A DNA stretch of 64,000 bases from Eledone cirrhosa (GCA_964016885.1 OZ024748.1:44888001-44952000); one strand, 5' to 3'. Positions 14,735 to 28,540 are shown, counted from the stretch's first letter. Translations and numbers: made by a program. The notes: generated by a model not told the origin, from the letters alone.

Positions 14735-15409
14735 AAGTATGTATGTATGTATAAGTACATACATATATGTATACAGACGTACAGTAGTATGTATATATAT
14801 ACATACATGCACACATATATATATGCACATACCGGTTTACCGAACATTTATTATAATGCTCGGTTTGCCGTTTGTAAACAAACAAACAGCCAGAATTACG
14901 CCGTACAGTGTTTAGGCAACCACGTCACCTTTTTGTTCAACACTGACACAGGAATGATGTATTAGTTTCAAGCTTATTAGCTATCGTCAGCATCGTATAC
15001 CTTCCTGCCAGATGGTTGAAAGTCTGAAAGTATATACTTTCCTTATGTATATTAACGGCTGAGCAGCCTAAATTGCATATCGAGTGAGTTCAGTCGGCCG
15101 GGCACACCGAAAACGATAAATGGAATAGAATGAAACGAAATTTCATTTCTCACTCCTTGTACGGCACTTACTTAAATGTAAGTATGTATGTATGTATAAG
15201 TACTTACATATATGTATACAGACGTACAGTAGTATGTATATATATACATACATGCACACATATATATATGCATGTATCGGTTTACCGAACATTTATTATA
15301 ATGCTCGGTGTGTTTGTAAACAAACAAACAGCCCGAATTACGCCGTACAGTGTTTAGGCAACCACGTCACCTTTTTGTTCAACACTGACACACGATCGAT
15401 GTACTAGTT
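14727..15409 (-). mobile_element. Retrozyme/pLTR-like 1.5-mer (~450-nt unit)
   Basis: ~235-bp direct repeats 14727-14966 / ~15175-15409; minus-strand HHR at 14956-14994; the second repeat ends at the stem III/cleavage-site sequence. Confidence 0.7.
14956..14994 (-). ncRNA. Minimal type I hammerhead ribozyme
   Basis: Minus strand reads GATG-CTGACGA-TAGCTAATAAGCTT-GAAA-CTAA-TA-CATC. The sister repeat has the palindromic ACTAGT stem III. Confidence 0.68.
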
Positions 15410-15412
15410 ATT

Positions 15413-18400
15413 CAATAACAACTAGAAAGATGGTAGTAATAACAACTAGAAAGATGGTAGTAATAACAACTAGAAAGATGGTAGTAATAACAACTAGAAA
15501 GATGGTAGTAATAACAACTAGAAAGATGGTAGTAATAACAATTAGAAAGATGGTAGTAATAACAACTAGAAAGATGGTAGTAATAACAATTAGAAAGATG
15601 GTAGTATTAACAAGTAGAAAGATGGTAGTAATAACAACTAGAAAGATGGTAGTAATAACAATTAGAAAGATGGTAGTAATAACAACTAGAAAGATGGTAG
15701 TAATAACAAGTAGAAAGATGGTAGTAATAACAACTAGAACGATGGTAGTAATAACAACTAGAACGATGGTAGTAATAACAACTAGAAAGATGGTAGTAAT
15801 AACAACTAGAAAGATGGTAGTAATAACAACTAGAAAGATGGTAGTAATAACAAGTAGAAAGATGGTAGTATTAACAACTAGAAAGATGGTAGTAATAACA
15901 ACTAAAACGATGGTAGTAATAACAACTAGAAAGATGGTAGTAATAACAAGTAGAACGATGGTAGTAATAACAAGTAGAACGATGGTAGTAATAACAAGTA
16001 GAACGATGGTAGTAATAACAACTAGAAAGATGGTAGTAATAACAACTAGAACGATGGTAGTAATAACAATTAGAAAGATGGTAGTAATAACAACTAGAAA
16101 GATGGTAGTAATAACAACTAGAAAGATGGTAGTAATAACAACTAGAAAGATGGTAGTAATAACAAGTAGAAAGATGGTAGTAATAACAACTAGAAAGATG
16201 GTAGTAATAACAATTAGAAAGATGGTAGTAATAACAAGTAGAAAGATGGTAGTAATAACAACTAGAAAGATGGTAGTAATAACAAGTAGAAAGATGGTAG
16301 TAATAACAACTAGAAAGATGGTAGTAATAACAACTAGAAAGATGGTAGTAATAACAAGTAGAAAGATGGTAGTATTAACAACTAGAAAGATGGTAGTAAT
16401 AACAACTAGAACGATGGTAGTAATAACAACTAGAAAGATGGTAGTAATAACAAGTAGAACGATGGTAGTAATAACAAGTAGAACGATGGTAGTAATAACA
16501 AGTAGAACGATGGTAGTAATAACAACTAGAAAGATGGTAGTAATAACAAGTAGAAAGATGGTAGTAATAACAACTAGAAAGATGGTAGTAATAACAACTA
16601 GAACGATGGTAGTAATAACAACTAGAAAGATGGTAGTAATAACAACTAGAAAGATGGTAGTAATAACAACTAGAAAGATGGTAGTAATAACAACTAGAAA
16701 GATGGTAGTAATAACAACTAGAAAGATGGTAGTAATAACAAGTAGAAACATGGTAGTAATAACAACTAGAAAGATGGTAGTAATAACAATTAGAAAGATG
16801 GTAGTAATAACAACTAGAAAGATGGTAGTAATAACAACTAGAAAGATGGTAGTAATAACAACTAGAAAGATGGTAGTAATAACAAGTAGAAAGATGGTAG
16901 TAATAACAACTAGACAGATGGTAGTAATAACAATTAGAAAGATGGTAGTAATAACAAGTAGAAAGATGGTAGTAATAACAAGTAGAAAGATGGTAGTAAT
17001 AACAAGTAGAAAGATGGTAGTAATAACAATTAGAAAGATGGTAGTAATAACAAGTAGAAAGATGGTAGTAATAACAACTAGAAAGATGGTAGTAATAACA
17101 ATTAGAAAGATGGTAGTAATAACAAGTAGAAAGATGGTAGTAATAACAACTAGAACGATGGTAGTAATAACAACTAGAACGATGGTAGTAATAACAATTA
17201 GAAAGATGGTAGTAATAACAACTAGAAAGATGGTAGTAATAACAACTAGAAAGATGGTAGTAATAACAACTAGAAAGATGGTAGTAATAACAAGTAGAAA
17301 GATGGTAGTAATAACAACTAGAAAGATGGTAGTAATAAGAAGTAGAAAGATGGTAGTAATAACAACTAGAAAGATGGTAGTAATAACAACTAGAAAGATG
17401 GTAGTAATAACAAGTAGAAAGATGGTAGTATTAACAACTAGAAAGATGGTAGTAATAACAACTAGAACGATGGTAGTAATAACAACTAGAAAGATGGTAG
17501 TAATAACAAGTAGAACGATGGTAGTAATAACAAGTAGAACGATGGTAGTAATAACAAGTAGAACGATGGTAGTAATAACAACTAGAAAGATGGTAGTAAT
17601 AACAAGTAGAAAGATGGTAGTAATAACAACTAGAAAGATGGTAGTAATAACAACTAGAACGATGGTAGTAATAACAACTAGAAAGATGGTAGTAATAACA
17701 ACTAGAAAGATGGTAGTAATAACAACTAGAAAGATGGTAGTAATAACAACTAGAAAGATGGTAGTAATAACAACTAGAAAGATGGTAGTAATAACAAGTA
17801 GAAAGATGGTAGTAATAACAACTAGAAAGATGGTAGTAATAACAACTAGAAAGATGGTAGTAATAACAAGTAGAAACATGGTAGTAATAACAACTAGAAA
17901 GATGGTAGTAATAACAATTAGAAAGATGGTAGTAATAACAACTAGAAAGATGGTAGTAATAACAACTAGAAAGATGGTAGTAATAACAACTAGAAAGATG
18001 GTAGTAATAACAAGTAGAAAGATGGTAGTAATAACAACTAGACAGATGGTAGTAATAACAATTAGAAAGATGGTAGTAATAACAAGTAGAAAGATGGTAG
18101 TAATAACAAGTAGAAAGATGGTAGTAATAACAAGTAGAAAGATGGTAGTAATAACAATTAGAAAGATGGTAGTAATAACAAGTAGAAAGATGGTAGTAAT
18201 AACAACTAGAAAGATGGTAGTAATAACAATTAGAAAGATGGTAGTAATAACAAGTAGAAAGATGGTAGTAATAACAACTAGAACGATGGTAGTAATAACA
18301 ACTAGAACGATTGTAGTAATAACAATTAGAAAGATGGTAGTAATAACAACTAGAAAGATGGTAGTAATAACAACTAGAAAGATGGTAGTAATAACAACTA

Positions 18401-20232
18401 GAAAGATGGTAGTAATAACAAGTAGAAAGATGGTAGTAATAACAAGTAGAAAGATGGTAGTAATAACAACTAGAAAGATGGTAGTAATAACAACTAGAAA
18501 GATGGTAGTAATAACAACTAGAAAGATGGTAGTAATAACAACTAGAAAGATGGTAGTAATAACAAGTAGAAAGATGGTAGTAATAACAACTAGAAAGATG
18601 GTAGTAATAACAACTAGAAAGATGGTAGTAATAACAAGTAGAAAGATGGTAGTAATAACAACTAGAAAGATGGTAGTAATAACAACTAGAAAGATGGTAG
18701 TAATAACAACTAGAAAGATGGTAGTAATAACAACTAGAAAGATGGTAGTAATAACAACTAGAAAGATGGTAGTAATAACAACTAGAAAGATGGTAGTAAT
18801 AACAACTAGAAAGATGGTAGTAATAACAACTAGAAAGATGGTATTAATAACAACTAGAACGATGGTAGTAATAACAAGTAGAAAGATGGTAGTAATAACA
18901 AGTAGAAAGATGGTAGTAATAACAACTAGAAAGATGGTAGTAATAACAATTAGAAAGATGGTAGTAATAACAACTAGAAAGATGGTAGTAATAACAACTA
19001 GAAAGATGGTAGTAATAACAACTTGAAAGATGGTAGTAATAACAACTAGAAAGATGGTAGTAATAACAAGTAGAAAGATGGTAGTAATAACAACTAGACA
19101 GATGGTAGTAATAACAATTAGAAAGATGGTAGTAATAACAAGTAGAAAGACGGTAGTAATAACAAGTAGAAAGATGGTAGTAATAACAAGTAGAAAGATG
19201 GTAGTAATAACAAGTAGAAAGATGGTAGTAATAACAACTAGAAAGATGGTAGTAATAACAACTAGAAAGATGGTAGTAATAACAAGTAGAAAGATGGTAG
19301 TAATAACAACTAGAAAGATGGTAGTAATAACAACTAGAAAGATGGTAGTAATAACAAGTAGAAAGATGGTAGTAATAACAACTAGAAAGATGGTAGTAAT
19401 AACAACTAGAAAGATGGTAGTAATAACAACTAGAAAGATGGTAGTAATAACAACTAGAAAGATGGTAGTAATAACAACTAGAAAGATGGTAGTAATAACA
19501 ACTAGAAAGATGGTAGTAATAACAACTAGAAAGATGGTAGTAATAACAACTAGAAAGATGGTAGTAATAACAACTAGAAAGATGGTAGTAATAACAAGTA
19601 GAAAGATGGTATTAATAACAACTAGAACGATGGTAGTAATAACAAGTAGAAAGATGGTAGTAATAACAAGTAGAAAGATGGTAGTAATAACAACTAGAAA
19701 GATGGTAGTAATAACAATTAGAAAGATGGTAGTAATAACAACTAGAAAGATGGTAGTAATAACAACTAGAAAGATGGTAGTAATAACAACTAGAAAGATG
19801 GTAGTAATAACAAGTAGAAAGATGGTAGCAATAACAACTAGAAAGATGGTAGTAATAACAATTAGAAAGATGGTAGTAATAACAACTAGAAAGATGGTAG
19901 TAATAACAACTAGAAAGATGGTAGTAATAACAACTAGAAAGATGGTAGTAATAACAAGTAGAAAGATGGTAGTAATAACAAGTAGAACGATGGTAGTAAT
20001 AACAACTAGAAAGATGGTAGTAATAACAACTAGAAAGATGGTAGTAATAACAACTAGAAAGATGGTAGTAATAACAAGTAGAAAGATGGTAGTAATAACA
20101 AGTAGAACGATGGTAGTAATAACAACTAGAACGATGGTAGTAATAACAAGTAGAAAGATGGTATTAATAACAACTAGAACGAAGGTAGTAATAACAACTA
20201 GAACGATGGTAGTAATAACAACTAGAAAGATG
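15413..20232. repeat. 24-bp minisatellite, ~200 copies (ACTAGAAAGATGGTAGTAATAACA)
   Basis: Perfect 24-bp phase with point variants and an internal 1128-bp duplication. Confidence 0.97.
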
Positions 20233-21384
20233 TCCAATCTGACGAGTTTCACCTCACTCGCTAATTGAATGAGGTCTGGGATCTTATGGATCAATTCTTT
20301 TTTCCTTCCATCCTTCCTCCCTCCTTCCAGGAACTGAAGATGGAAATAGTAGATAGAGACATGTGATAGTTGTCATGTCATATATATATATTGATGTCCT
20401 GTAGCCGGACACTGGCCTGGAATCTGTCCAGGAACTGAAAATGGTAATAGTAGACAGAGAAGTGTTATGTTACATAAATTGTCAAACTGCAGCAGGACAC
20501 TGGTCTCGAACATACCCAGGAACCAAAGATGGCAATGGTGGACTGAATAAATGTTGAGATGGTCACAGCTGGACTACCTTTGTACAACTGTCAGCAAATT
20601 CAGTATTAGGATCAAACAACAAGTAGGAAGGGCACATTAACTAATGTAGTCCTAGATACACAATGTCTGAATAAATGTTGAGATGGTCACTGCTGGAGTA
20701 CCTTTGCTAATATATCTGGAGAGTCAGTACTAGGACTGAAGGACACATTAAGGAATGTAGTCCTAGATACACAATGTATCTAATCTAAGATTGATATGAT
20801 AGTCTAATGAAGATTGTAATTGTTAGTGTAATTCGAGGAAGATATAATTTGACTACTATTTCTAGCAATCCCAGTGACCACCCACCATACAGAGATTCTT
20901 TCGTTGTTGTCTGAAATAATTACTTGTTATTTCAATTAAGAAGTATTATTGTATATGAAAGAAGTTGCCAGGCTGTCCTGTGTTATCTGAGACAACAATA
21001 TGAAAGTTAGATGAAAGATCTTTGCTTAGATAATAATAATAACCTCGCCTCCTTCACCCTCATCATCACAGCCATTACCCCCCCCCCCCTCATCCTCATC
21101 ATCACAGCCATCACCCCCCTCATTATCACAGCCATCACTCCCCTCATCCTCCCCTCATCATCACAGCTACCCCCTCATCATCACAGCTATCACCCCCCCC
21201 CATCGTCATCACACCCATCGCCCTCCCCCTCATCATCACAACCATCACCCCCCCCCCCATCACCATCACACCCACTACCTCCTCCTCCACCCTATCCAAC
21301 TACCAAACACCCCCTTCACCACTATCGACGCCCCTCCATCCCCCCTCTTACCATACATCCTCCACAATCACAGTCACCTCAATT

Positions 21385-21502
21385 TTGGAGGAAAGGCAAA
21401 GTCGATTAAATCAACCCCAGTGCATTACTGGTACTTTATTTTATCGACTCCGTAAGGATGAAAGCTAACCTCGGCGGGATTTCAACTCAGAACGTAAAGG
21501 GA
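21385..21502 (-). mobile_element. tRNA-derived SINE fragment (family of 27825-28005)
   Basis: Reverse complement of the SINE body (CAGTGCATTACTGGTACTTTATTTTATCGAC..GGATGAAAG..GATTTCAACTC). Confidence 0.8.
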
Positions 21503-21504
21503 GG

Positions 21505-21790
21505 TAATGAGTTCGCTAAAATAGCCCACGTTAAGTACTTTAATCCCATACAAGAGCATACAGTAGGACTCTTCCTCTTGACTAGACAGAACATACCAAC
21601 CAGTCCACCCTCATCAATGCCACATCTGCCACAAGATCTGCAAATTTCAAGGAGATCTAAAGAGACATTTCGAAGTTCATCAAGATCAGACAACTCAGGC
21701 AGTCCAAGCTGCACCAAAACTCACATGTAATTTACGTGGATGACCTTTTAAAAGTATGTCTGGTCTAAAAAAGCCACATGAGATCACATG
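21505..21790 (+). pseudogene. Decayed tandem C2H2 zinc-finger segment, probably the C-terminus of an RTE-type LINE ORF
   Basis: Frame from 21618 reads CHICHKICKFQGDLKRHFEVH (intact C2H2). A second finger follows, CNLRG*PFKSMSGLK/SHMRSH, with a stop and a frameshift. Confidence 0.6.
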
Positions 21791-21862
21791 CCCGACCTGA
21801 ACACCATATACACTGGCATGGTTAATATATGTATTGAGCAGACAATCAGTATATGTATGCAT

Positions 21863-22410
21863 GGAAAAGCCGGATTGTTATACACGAGAAAGAGACAGGG
21901 TGATCAGGGAAAAGCCGGGTTATTATACACGAGAAAAAGAGAGGGGATCAGGGAAAAGCCGGGTTGTTATACACGAGAAAGGGACAAGGTGGTTAGGGGG
22001 AAATCCGGATTGTTTTACACGAGTAAGAGACAGGGTTGAGGTCAGAGGAAAAGCCGGATTGTTATACACGAGAAAGGGACAGGGTGGTCGGAAAAAGCCG
22101 GATTGTTATACACGAGAAAGAGACAGGGTGATCAGGGAAAAGCTGGATTGTTATACACGAGAAAGAGACAGGGTTGTGGTCAGGGGAAAAGCCGGATGGT
22201 TATACACGAGAAAGAGACAGGGTGATCAGGGAAAAGCCGGATTGTTATACACGAGAAAGAGACAGGGTGATCAGGGAAAAGCCGGATTGTTATACACGAG
22301 AAAGAGACAGGGTGATCAGGGAAAAGCTGGATTGTTATACACGAGAAAGAGACAGGGTTGTGGTCAGGGGAAAAGCCGGATGGTTATACACGAGAAAGAG
22401 ACGGGACGGG
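21863..22410. repeat. ~45-bp minisatellite, ~12 copies
   Basis: Unit GGAAAAGCCGGATTGTTATACACGAGAAAGAGACAGGGTGATCAG. Confidence 0.92.
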
Positions 22411-22601
22411 GTTGGTCGGGTAAAAGCCGTGTTGTTAAACATGGGAGGAAACAAAGGGATAATAAAGAACGAATCACCAGTTTTATGTTTTGTGTCAATA
22501 AACAAAACATCGATCTATATACTCCATATGTTATGTGTTGACAGCTCTTTTATTTCGCTTGTACCAAAACTTGTATATACATATATTATATATATATGCA
22601 C

Positions 22602-22657
<56 letters not shown>

Positions 22658-22789
22658 TTGTCTGTACATAAAAATATATATACAACAAAATCAATACAAA
22701 CTAGGTGTGAGTTTAATAAAACGCACCATTTTCTCTCTCCCACCCTCTCTGTCTACCTATCTACCTGCCTATCAATAAATCTATCTATC

Positions 22790-22880
<91 letters not shown>

Positions 22881-23147
22881 ACATAATAACAAAGTTGCAC
22901 ATGGGAAATGGATACAAAAGACAAATGAACAAAAGTATTTATTTTCTTCATCGGCCACTTCGAAATACAATTTCGTGCACACACACAAACACACGTTCGG
23001 CACTCACAGATATATAATTTCTACCGCTGCATACCCTAACACAAAGCACTTCATAAAGGGTATTGAATCCTGTTTATCGTTGAGTCAACAGTAGAGTGGT
23101 TGACATAAAACAACCCCCCTCTTCAGTTGTCTGCTGTCCTTTTAATT

Positions 23148-23222
<75 letters not shown>

Positions 23223-23465
23223 GGAGGATAACAAAATATCGTTATAGGTAATCCAATTAGAGGTTGTGAATACTTCTTATTAGGGATAGTTTTAGCGTAC
23301 GGTGTTTCTTGACCATGTTATTCTCCACTTTTTCAATTATATATATATATATATATATATAGTTTTGCAAGAGATGTCAACATGAATGGACCTGTTATTT
23401 TTTATCTAAAGACATTTTTTTTCAATTTCAACCCGTCCGTTCCCTCAATCTAATTCATTTCTCAT

Positions 23466-23505
23466 TCTTTTATCTGATGAAGGACTGGCGTCCGAAACGT
23501 TAAGA
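23466..23505 (+). ncRNA. Minimal hammerhead-like motif in a short PLE-type remnant
   Basis: CTGATGA-A-GGAC-TGGC-GTCC-GAAA-CGTT-AAGA; stem I is offset or poorly paired. Confidence 0.5.
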
Positions 23506-23592
23506 CCCTCTTCCTGCTATATCAAGCGTTAACCTAATATATTCCTTCCATATACTGTACCGTTTGTGTTGTTATTTCTGTTTACCTTTTAC

Positions 23593-23623
<31 letters not shown>

Positions 23624-23889
23624 GGGCCTTGTTTCGGGGGGGGGGGGGGTACCAGGTAAGAATCAACAAATGTTGGTTTGTCCCCCTCACATTTTAAGGC
23701 TAACGAGGCCCCTATATATATATATGTAAATAGGGAGAAAAAGACGATTATAAATAAATTGACTAATACCCTAACACTTCACACAAAGTAAAATATTTTC
23801 TTTTAAACATTTTCTAACCCAGAAAAAAGAGAAAAATTAAAAGGAAAAAAAAAATGTTTCTTCCTAATAATCGTCTTTTTCTCCGTTTT

Positions 23890-23962
<73 letters not shown>

Positions 23963-23991
23963 CAACTCGTGGGCTCCTTCTCCACATTTTA

Positions 23992-24025
<34 letters not shown>

Positions 24026-24028
<3 letters not shown>

Positions 24029-24092
24029 GGTGTCCCCCCAAAAAATGTATTTGATGAGAATGCTGTTGAAGTATGTATACATTTTTTGGGAC

Positions 24093-24098
<6 letters not shown>
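24026..24098. mobile_element. Tiny Tc1/mariner-type MITE
   Basis: TIRs CAGGGTGTCCC..AAAAATGTAT / ATACATTTTTTGGGACACCCT, flanked by TA. Confidence 0.7.
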
Positions 24099-24136
<38 letters not shown>

Positions 24137-24627
24137 ACTACTCTCACCATATAGTAATACAAACATAGATTGATATCGTGTCTGTGTGGATTTATGTTTA
24201 AGCGACTAATTCCTTAAAATCTCTGCAACTTTACGTTTCTGAAAATAATAAAAATAATAATACTACTTATAATGATAGCAACTACATAACTATAATGACA
24301 TTGAAGTAAAATAAGTACTTAACCTAATGGTCGCTTCTTGAATTTCTCACTGACACGAAAGCGAGGCTGGCGGTCACGTGATAGCGATGTGTCGTCTGCC
24401 TTTATCTAAGTCCCCATCATGGCTACTCATAAAATCGGTGGTTTTATGAAATAATCCTACAGTGGTGGCGTGACTAAACAGTCGTATCATGTTTAGAGGA
24501 GTTAGTAGATATTATAGTCTGCTGTTATGTCTAATAATTTCTTAGATTTCCTTGACATTTTTCTCTCTGTTATCAACATTATTCTTATTGTTTTTTTTGT
24601 TTCTGTTTACTTTGAGTTTTGTTTTCA

Positions 24628-24825
24628 CGACAGAAGAAGGAAGAGACAGAGAAGAAGGAGGAGCAGGAGAAAGAAGAGAGGGAAGGAGAAGGAGGAAGAT
24701 GGGGAAGAGAGGGAGAGGAGGATAAGGCGAAGGAAGAGAAAAAAAAGGAGGAGGAGGAGGAAGAAGGAGGGAAGAAAAAGGAAGAGAGGAAGAAGAGGAA
24801 GAAAGAGAAGAAGGAAGTGGAAGTT
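24628..24825. repeat. Purine-rich (GAA/GGA) low-complexity tract
   Basis: Direct reading. Confidence 0.85.
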
Positions 24826-24985
24826 GAAGTTTTGACTCTAACATCCTAAGTGATCGTCTCTACACTTAAATCTCGCTGGCTCTGCCTACATCACTGCAAA
24901 TAGGCGCCATGAGTAGGTAGATATAGATGACTATTACAAACAGCATTGTATAGTCTCTCTTTTTCTTCTATCTATCTATCTATCT

Positions 24986-25685
24986 AAGATCTACATGCAC
25001 GGACGCCCTGGCAGGGATCCTTCCAAGAGGACGTGTCCAAGATGTGCGCAGGACATTGAAACAGTTCTGCACGCAATTGTACACTGCCCGGGCGTAAGCG
25101 ACCTGTGGAACTATGCAGAACAACTGCTGTCGCGTATGGGACAAATACAGTTGACTGCCGAGTCCATAGTAAGGATCAAACCGCCAGACTCTTTCAAAAA
25201 CGAAAGAGAGGCGGTTTTCCTCTGTACAGTGCCTATGGTGAAAGAAGTTATATGGTGGACGAGGTTGAGAGGACTGAGGACAGATGCCTTTCTCTCCGGA
25301 CAACAATTGATTCCCTTCTTTAAGTATCACTTTAGAAGGAGAATCAGGGTGGAGAGAGAGGCACTGCACCCCAGTAAATTTACTGAAAGGTGGGTGAATG
25401 AAGCGAAAATGGCCCGAGTGATTGGGCCTTCTCTGTTTATAAGCCTGTAGGTTGAGGAAGAGAGCAAAAGGAAGAAAGGAGCACTTGCACAACACGCTCC
25501 TCAAGTTGAGGGTTGTTCTATCGACGGGGTATTAAACAACCCATTTGTGGCGCCTCCCCCCTATTGGGGATTTCGATTGTTGAAATTGTTTGTTTTTATA
25601 TTTTTTACACGACTGTATGTAAAATCCCCGGCATGTCTTTGTATTGTCCCCTTTCTTGTTGCGCCCTTGTGGCTAATAAAGAAAT
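24986..25685 (+). mobile_element. Tx1/L1-like LINE 3' end (zinc-knuckle domain plus 3'UTR) inserted in (TATC)n
   Basis: CPRC..ETVLHAIVHCP..W..IWWTR; AATAAA near 25675; TATC repeats on both sides. Confidence 0.75.
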
Positions 25686-25944
25686 CTATCTATCTATCTA
25701 TACACCCATGTATCTGACACAAATATACATATATATATATTAATATATATATACACATGCATACGTATGTGTGTGTATAAAAACACACATTTGTATGAAC
25801 ACACACAGACACACACACACACACACTATATATATAGGGCTCGATCGTTACAGATCGAACCATGAGCTGATCAATCACGAAACGTGCCTCACACTAATGT
25901 AATGAAAATTTGACACCTCGTCCATGCTTATTATATATATAAAC

Positions 25945-25993
<49 letters not shown>

Positions 25994-26104
25994 AAGCATT
26001 AGTAATGCACTGGGATAATTGCTGGCCTTGTGCCAAAAGAAGAAACAATTATATATATATATACAAATACCCATACATATGTATATATATATATATACAT
26101 ATAT

Positions 26105-26293
26105 AACGAAGGAAGTATGGTAAGGAACCAGATGGACCATAACGCACCAGCGTACTCAATACTTAGGGTAGTAGAGTGGGTAATAGGGAAATGTTTAACC
26201 CCGACGGCAGAGCTCCAGCCATTTCGACGGCTATTTCTGGACTAGAAATAGCTTCCGAAACGGTTTGAGCTCTGCCGTCGGGGTTAAACATTT

Positions 26294-26298
<5 letters not shown>
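26105..26298. mobile_element. Foldback half-hammerhead element
   Basis: Hairpin ~26187-26297 plus tail, in (TA)n. Confidence 0.8.
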
Positions 26299-26375
<77 letters not shown>

Positions 26376-26713
26376 TGCCTATAGATCGGTTCTAATTCAG
26401 ACATAACTTCTATATAATATATTAAATAGAAATCTTACTTTTGAAAAAATAAAATATTCACGTCCCAACAGGTCATCCATATTTGTTTTTGTAGCAGTGA
26501 GCAGTTGTGATCTGTAGTAAAACCGGATACATGTTACCCAATATGGTTATCTACATACAACATATTAACTTTCCCAGCAATATGCAGACGATCGACATAG
26601 AAATTGATACATCCATTGATTGCGTCATTTAAAATATTTTCTTGTATTGTCCCAGGCCAACCTCGTTTAAGTAGAGCTATGATGAAAGGCAATCCATCTT
26701 TGACTATCTACAC

Positions 26714-26752
<39 letters not shown>

Positions 26753-26811
26753 TCAGACTGTGTTTCTAGGAGTAGAATCAATTAATGCCTATTTTGTGTT
26801 TGTTTAATAGA

Positions 26812-27320
26812 CGTAGCCTAGTCGAACGATTAACAAGTTCGATTTGCAATTAAAAGGCCTCGAGTTCAAATCCACTGAGGTGTATTTTGTGCGCCATTTA
26901 CAACAGCCATGGATTGAACCAAACCCTGTGAGTGACACTGGGTAAAAGAAACCCGTCGGGTTGACTGTACTTGTGTGATTTAGTACATACCATGTCATGC
27001 TGAATCTCCCTGAGAATTATTTAAATGAAGGATGCACGTGCCTGTGGAAAACTAAACCGCTTGTACGTTCTTGGTACACGCCGTGTCACGCTGAATCTCC
27101 CTGAGAATTATTTACGTTAAGGATGCTCGTGTCTGTGGAAAACTAAACCGCTTGTACGTTCTTGGTACACACTGTATCATCATGAATCTCCCTAAGAATT
27201 AATTACATTAAGGGTATACGTGTCTGGGGAAGTCAACCACTTGTACGTTGATTTCAAGGGCGGGCTGCTCCATTGTTCGAACAGCTGAACCCCCATTGTC
27301 GAAACTGACGGATGTCCAGT
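26812..27320 (+). mobile_element. Degenerate tRNA-derived SINE with triplicated ~90-bp 3' segment
   Basis: A-box-like TAGCCTAGT; B-box-like GAGTTCAAATCC; three copies of TGAATCTCCCTGAGAATTA. Confidence 0.6.
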
Positions 27321-27394
27321 CACCTTACTTTAACCTTCCTTAAGTCAGTAGAGCAGTGGTTCAAAATATTTTTTTCGTGGCTCATTAGATATCA

Positions 27395-27545
27395 AATAAT
27401 TGTTTCTACTTTTGGCACAAGGCTAGCAATTGTGGGGAAGGGGAAAGTCGATTAAATCTACCCTAGTGCATTACTGGTACTTTGTTTTATCGAGCCTGTA
27501 AGGATGAAAGGCAAAGTTATTTGAACTCAGAACATAAAGGGCCAT
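27395..27545 (-). mobile_element. SINE fragment
   Basis: Same family as 27825-28005. Confidence 0.75.
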
Positions 27546-27824
27546 ACCTCTATATCACGAAGCATGCTATTGAAATACGGGCGTATTTTGCATGGAAATT
27601 TAACGAAAAACAAAACGACAGCAACACCAACAACAGCATCAACAACTCTGTTTTAAAGTCCCCCCACCAGACTACCAAACAAACCAAGCCCCCCCCCCCC
27701 CCCCAAAAAAAAAAACAACAAAAACCTCCCAAAAAAACTCGTGCTACACTTCATTCTATGAGCCATGTTTGTATATAAAACAAAATTATGAATGACACAT
27801 TTTCCAAGACACCCAAGTTATATT

Positions 27825-28005
27825 ATGGATTGGCAGTATCGGTAGAGGGTCGAACGCCATGCTTTGATGCATAGAGTTACGGCCCTTGCCATTCTGAGTT
27901 CAAATCCTGCCGAGGTTAACTTTGCCTTTCATCCTTACGGAGTCGATAAAATAAGTACCAGTAATGCACTGGGGTAATTGCTGGCCTTGTGCCAAAAGTA
28001 GAGAC
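27825..28005 (+). mobile_element. Full-length tRNA-derived SINE
   Basis: A-box TGGCAGTATCGG, B-box GAGTTCAAATCC, central GCCTTTCATCC..GTCGATAAAATAAGTACC. Second copy at 30356-30545; fragments at 21385, 25995, 27395, 36310. Confidence 0.85.
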
Positions 28006-28120
28006 AATATTATGGATTTTCTGAAAGAGGACAGAGGGAGAGAGAGAGAGAGAGAGAGTATGTGGTATTCATACCTTCCTTTTTTACGTATTAGAAACAT
28101 TCAAATAGATTGATTTCAAC

Positions 28121-28164
<44 letters not shown>

Positions 28165-28193
28165 TATATATATATAAATATATACACACACAA

Positions 28194-28261
<68 letters not shown>

Positions 28262-28266
<5 letters not shown>

Positions 28267-28365
28267 AGTAAGTAAGACCCCGACGGCTGAGCTCAAGCCG
28301 TTTCGACGGCTAATTCTGTACTTGGTGCGTTATGGTCCACCTGGTTCCTTACCACTTTTCCTTCG

Positions 28366-28368
<3 letters not shown>
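28262..28368. mobile_element. Internally deleted foldback half-hammerhead element
   Basis: One hairpin arm joined directly to the tail. Confidence 0.75.
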
Positions 28369-28432
<64 letters not shown>

Positions 28433-28474
28433 CAATATATTAACAAATGGAAACTATATTTATAAAACCATATT

Positions 28475-28540
28475 TATTTCATTATACATATTTCAAGGGC
28501 CACCAGAGCAAACTATGGTGCGCTTTCATCAGATAAAATA
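28475..28540 (-). ncRNA. Type I hammerhead ribozyme
   Basis: Minus strand reads TATTTTAT-CTGATGA-AAGCGCACCA..TGGTGGCCCTT-GAAA-TATGTA-TA-ATGAAATA. Confidence 0.78.

Noticed and set aside
15408-20294. 1628-aa and 1198-aa ORFs on opposite strands
   Set aside because: By-products of a 24-bp unit that lacks stops in those frames; no unique domains.
23623-23892. Two short inverted-repeat pairs (23623-23713; 23725-23892)
   Set aside because: Possible MITE or foldback remnants, but single-copy here and too short to classify.
24527-24849. TM plus Arg/Glu-rich ORFs
   Set aside because: Low-complexity purine tract.
25862-25892. TGAG-CTGATCA..GAAACGTG-CCTCA
   Set aside because: G8 is mutated and there is no stem II.
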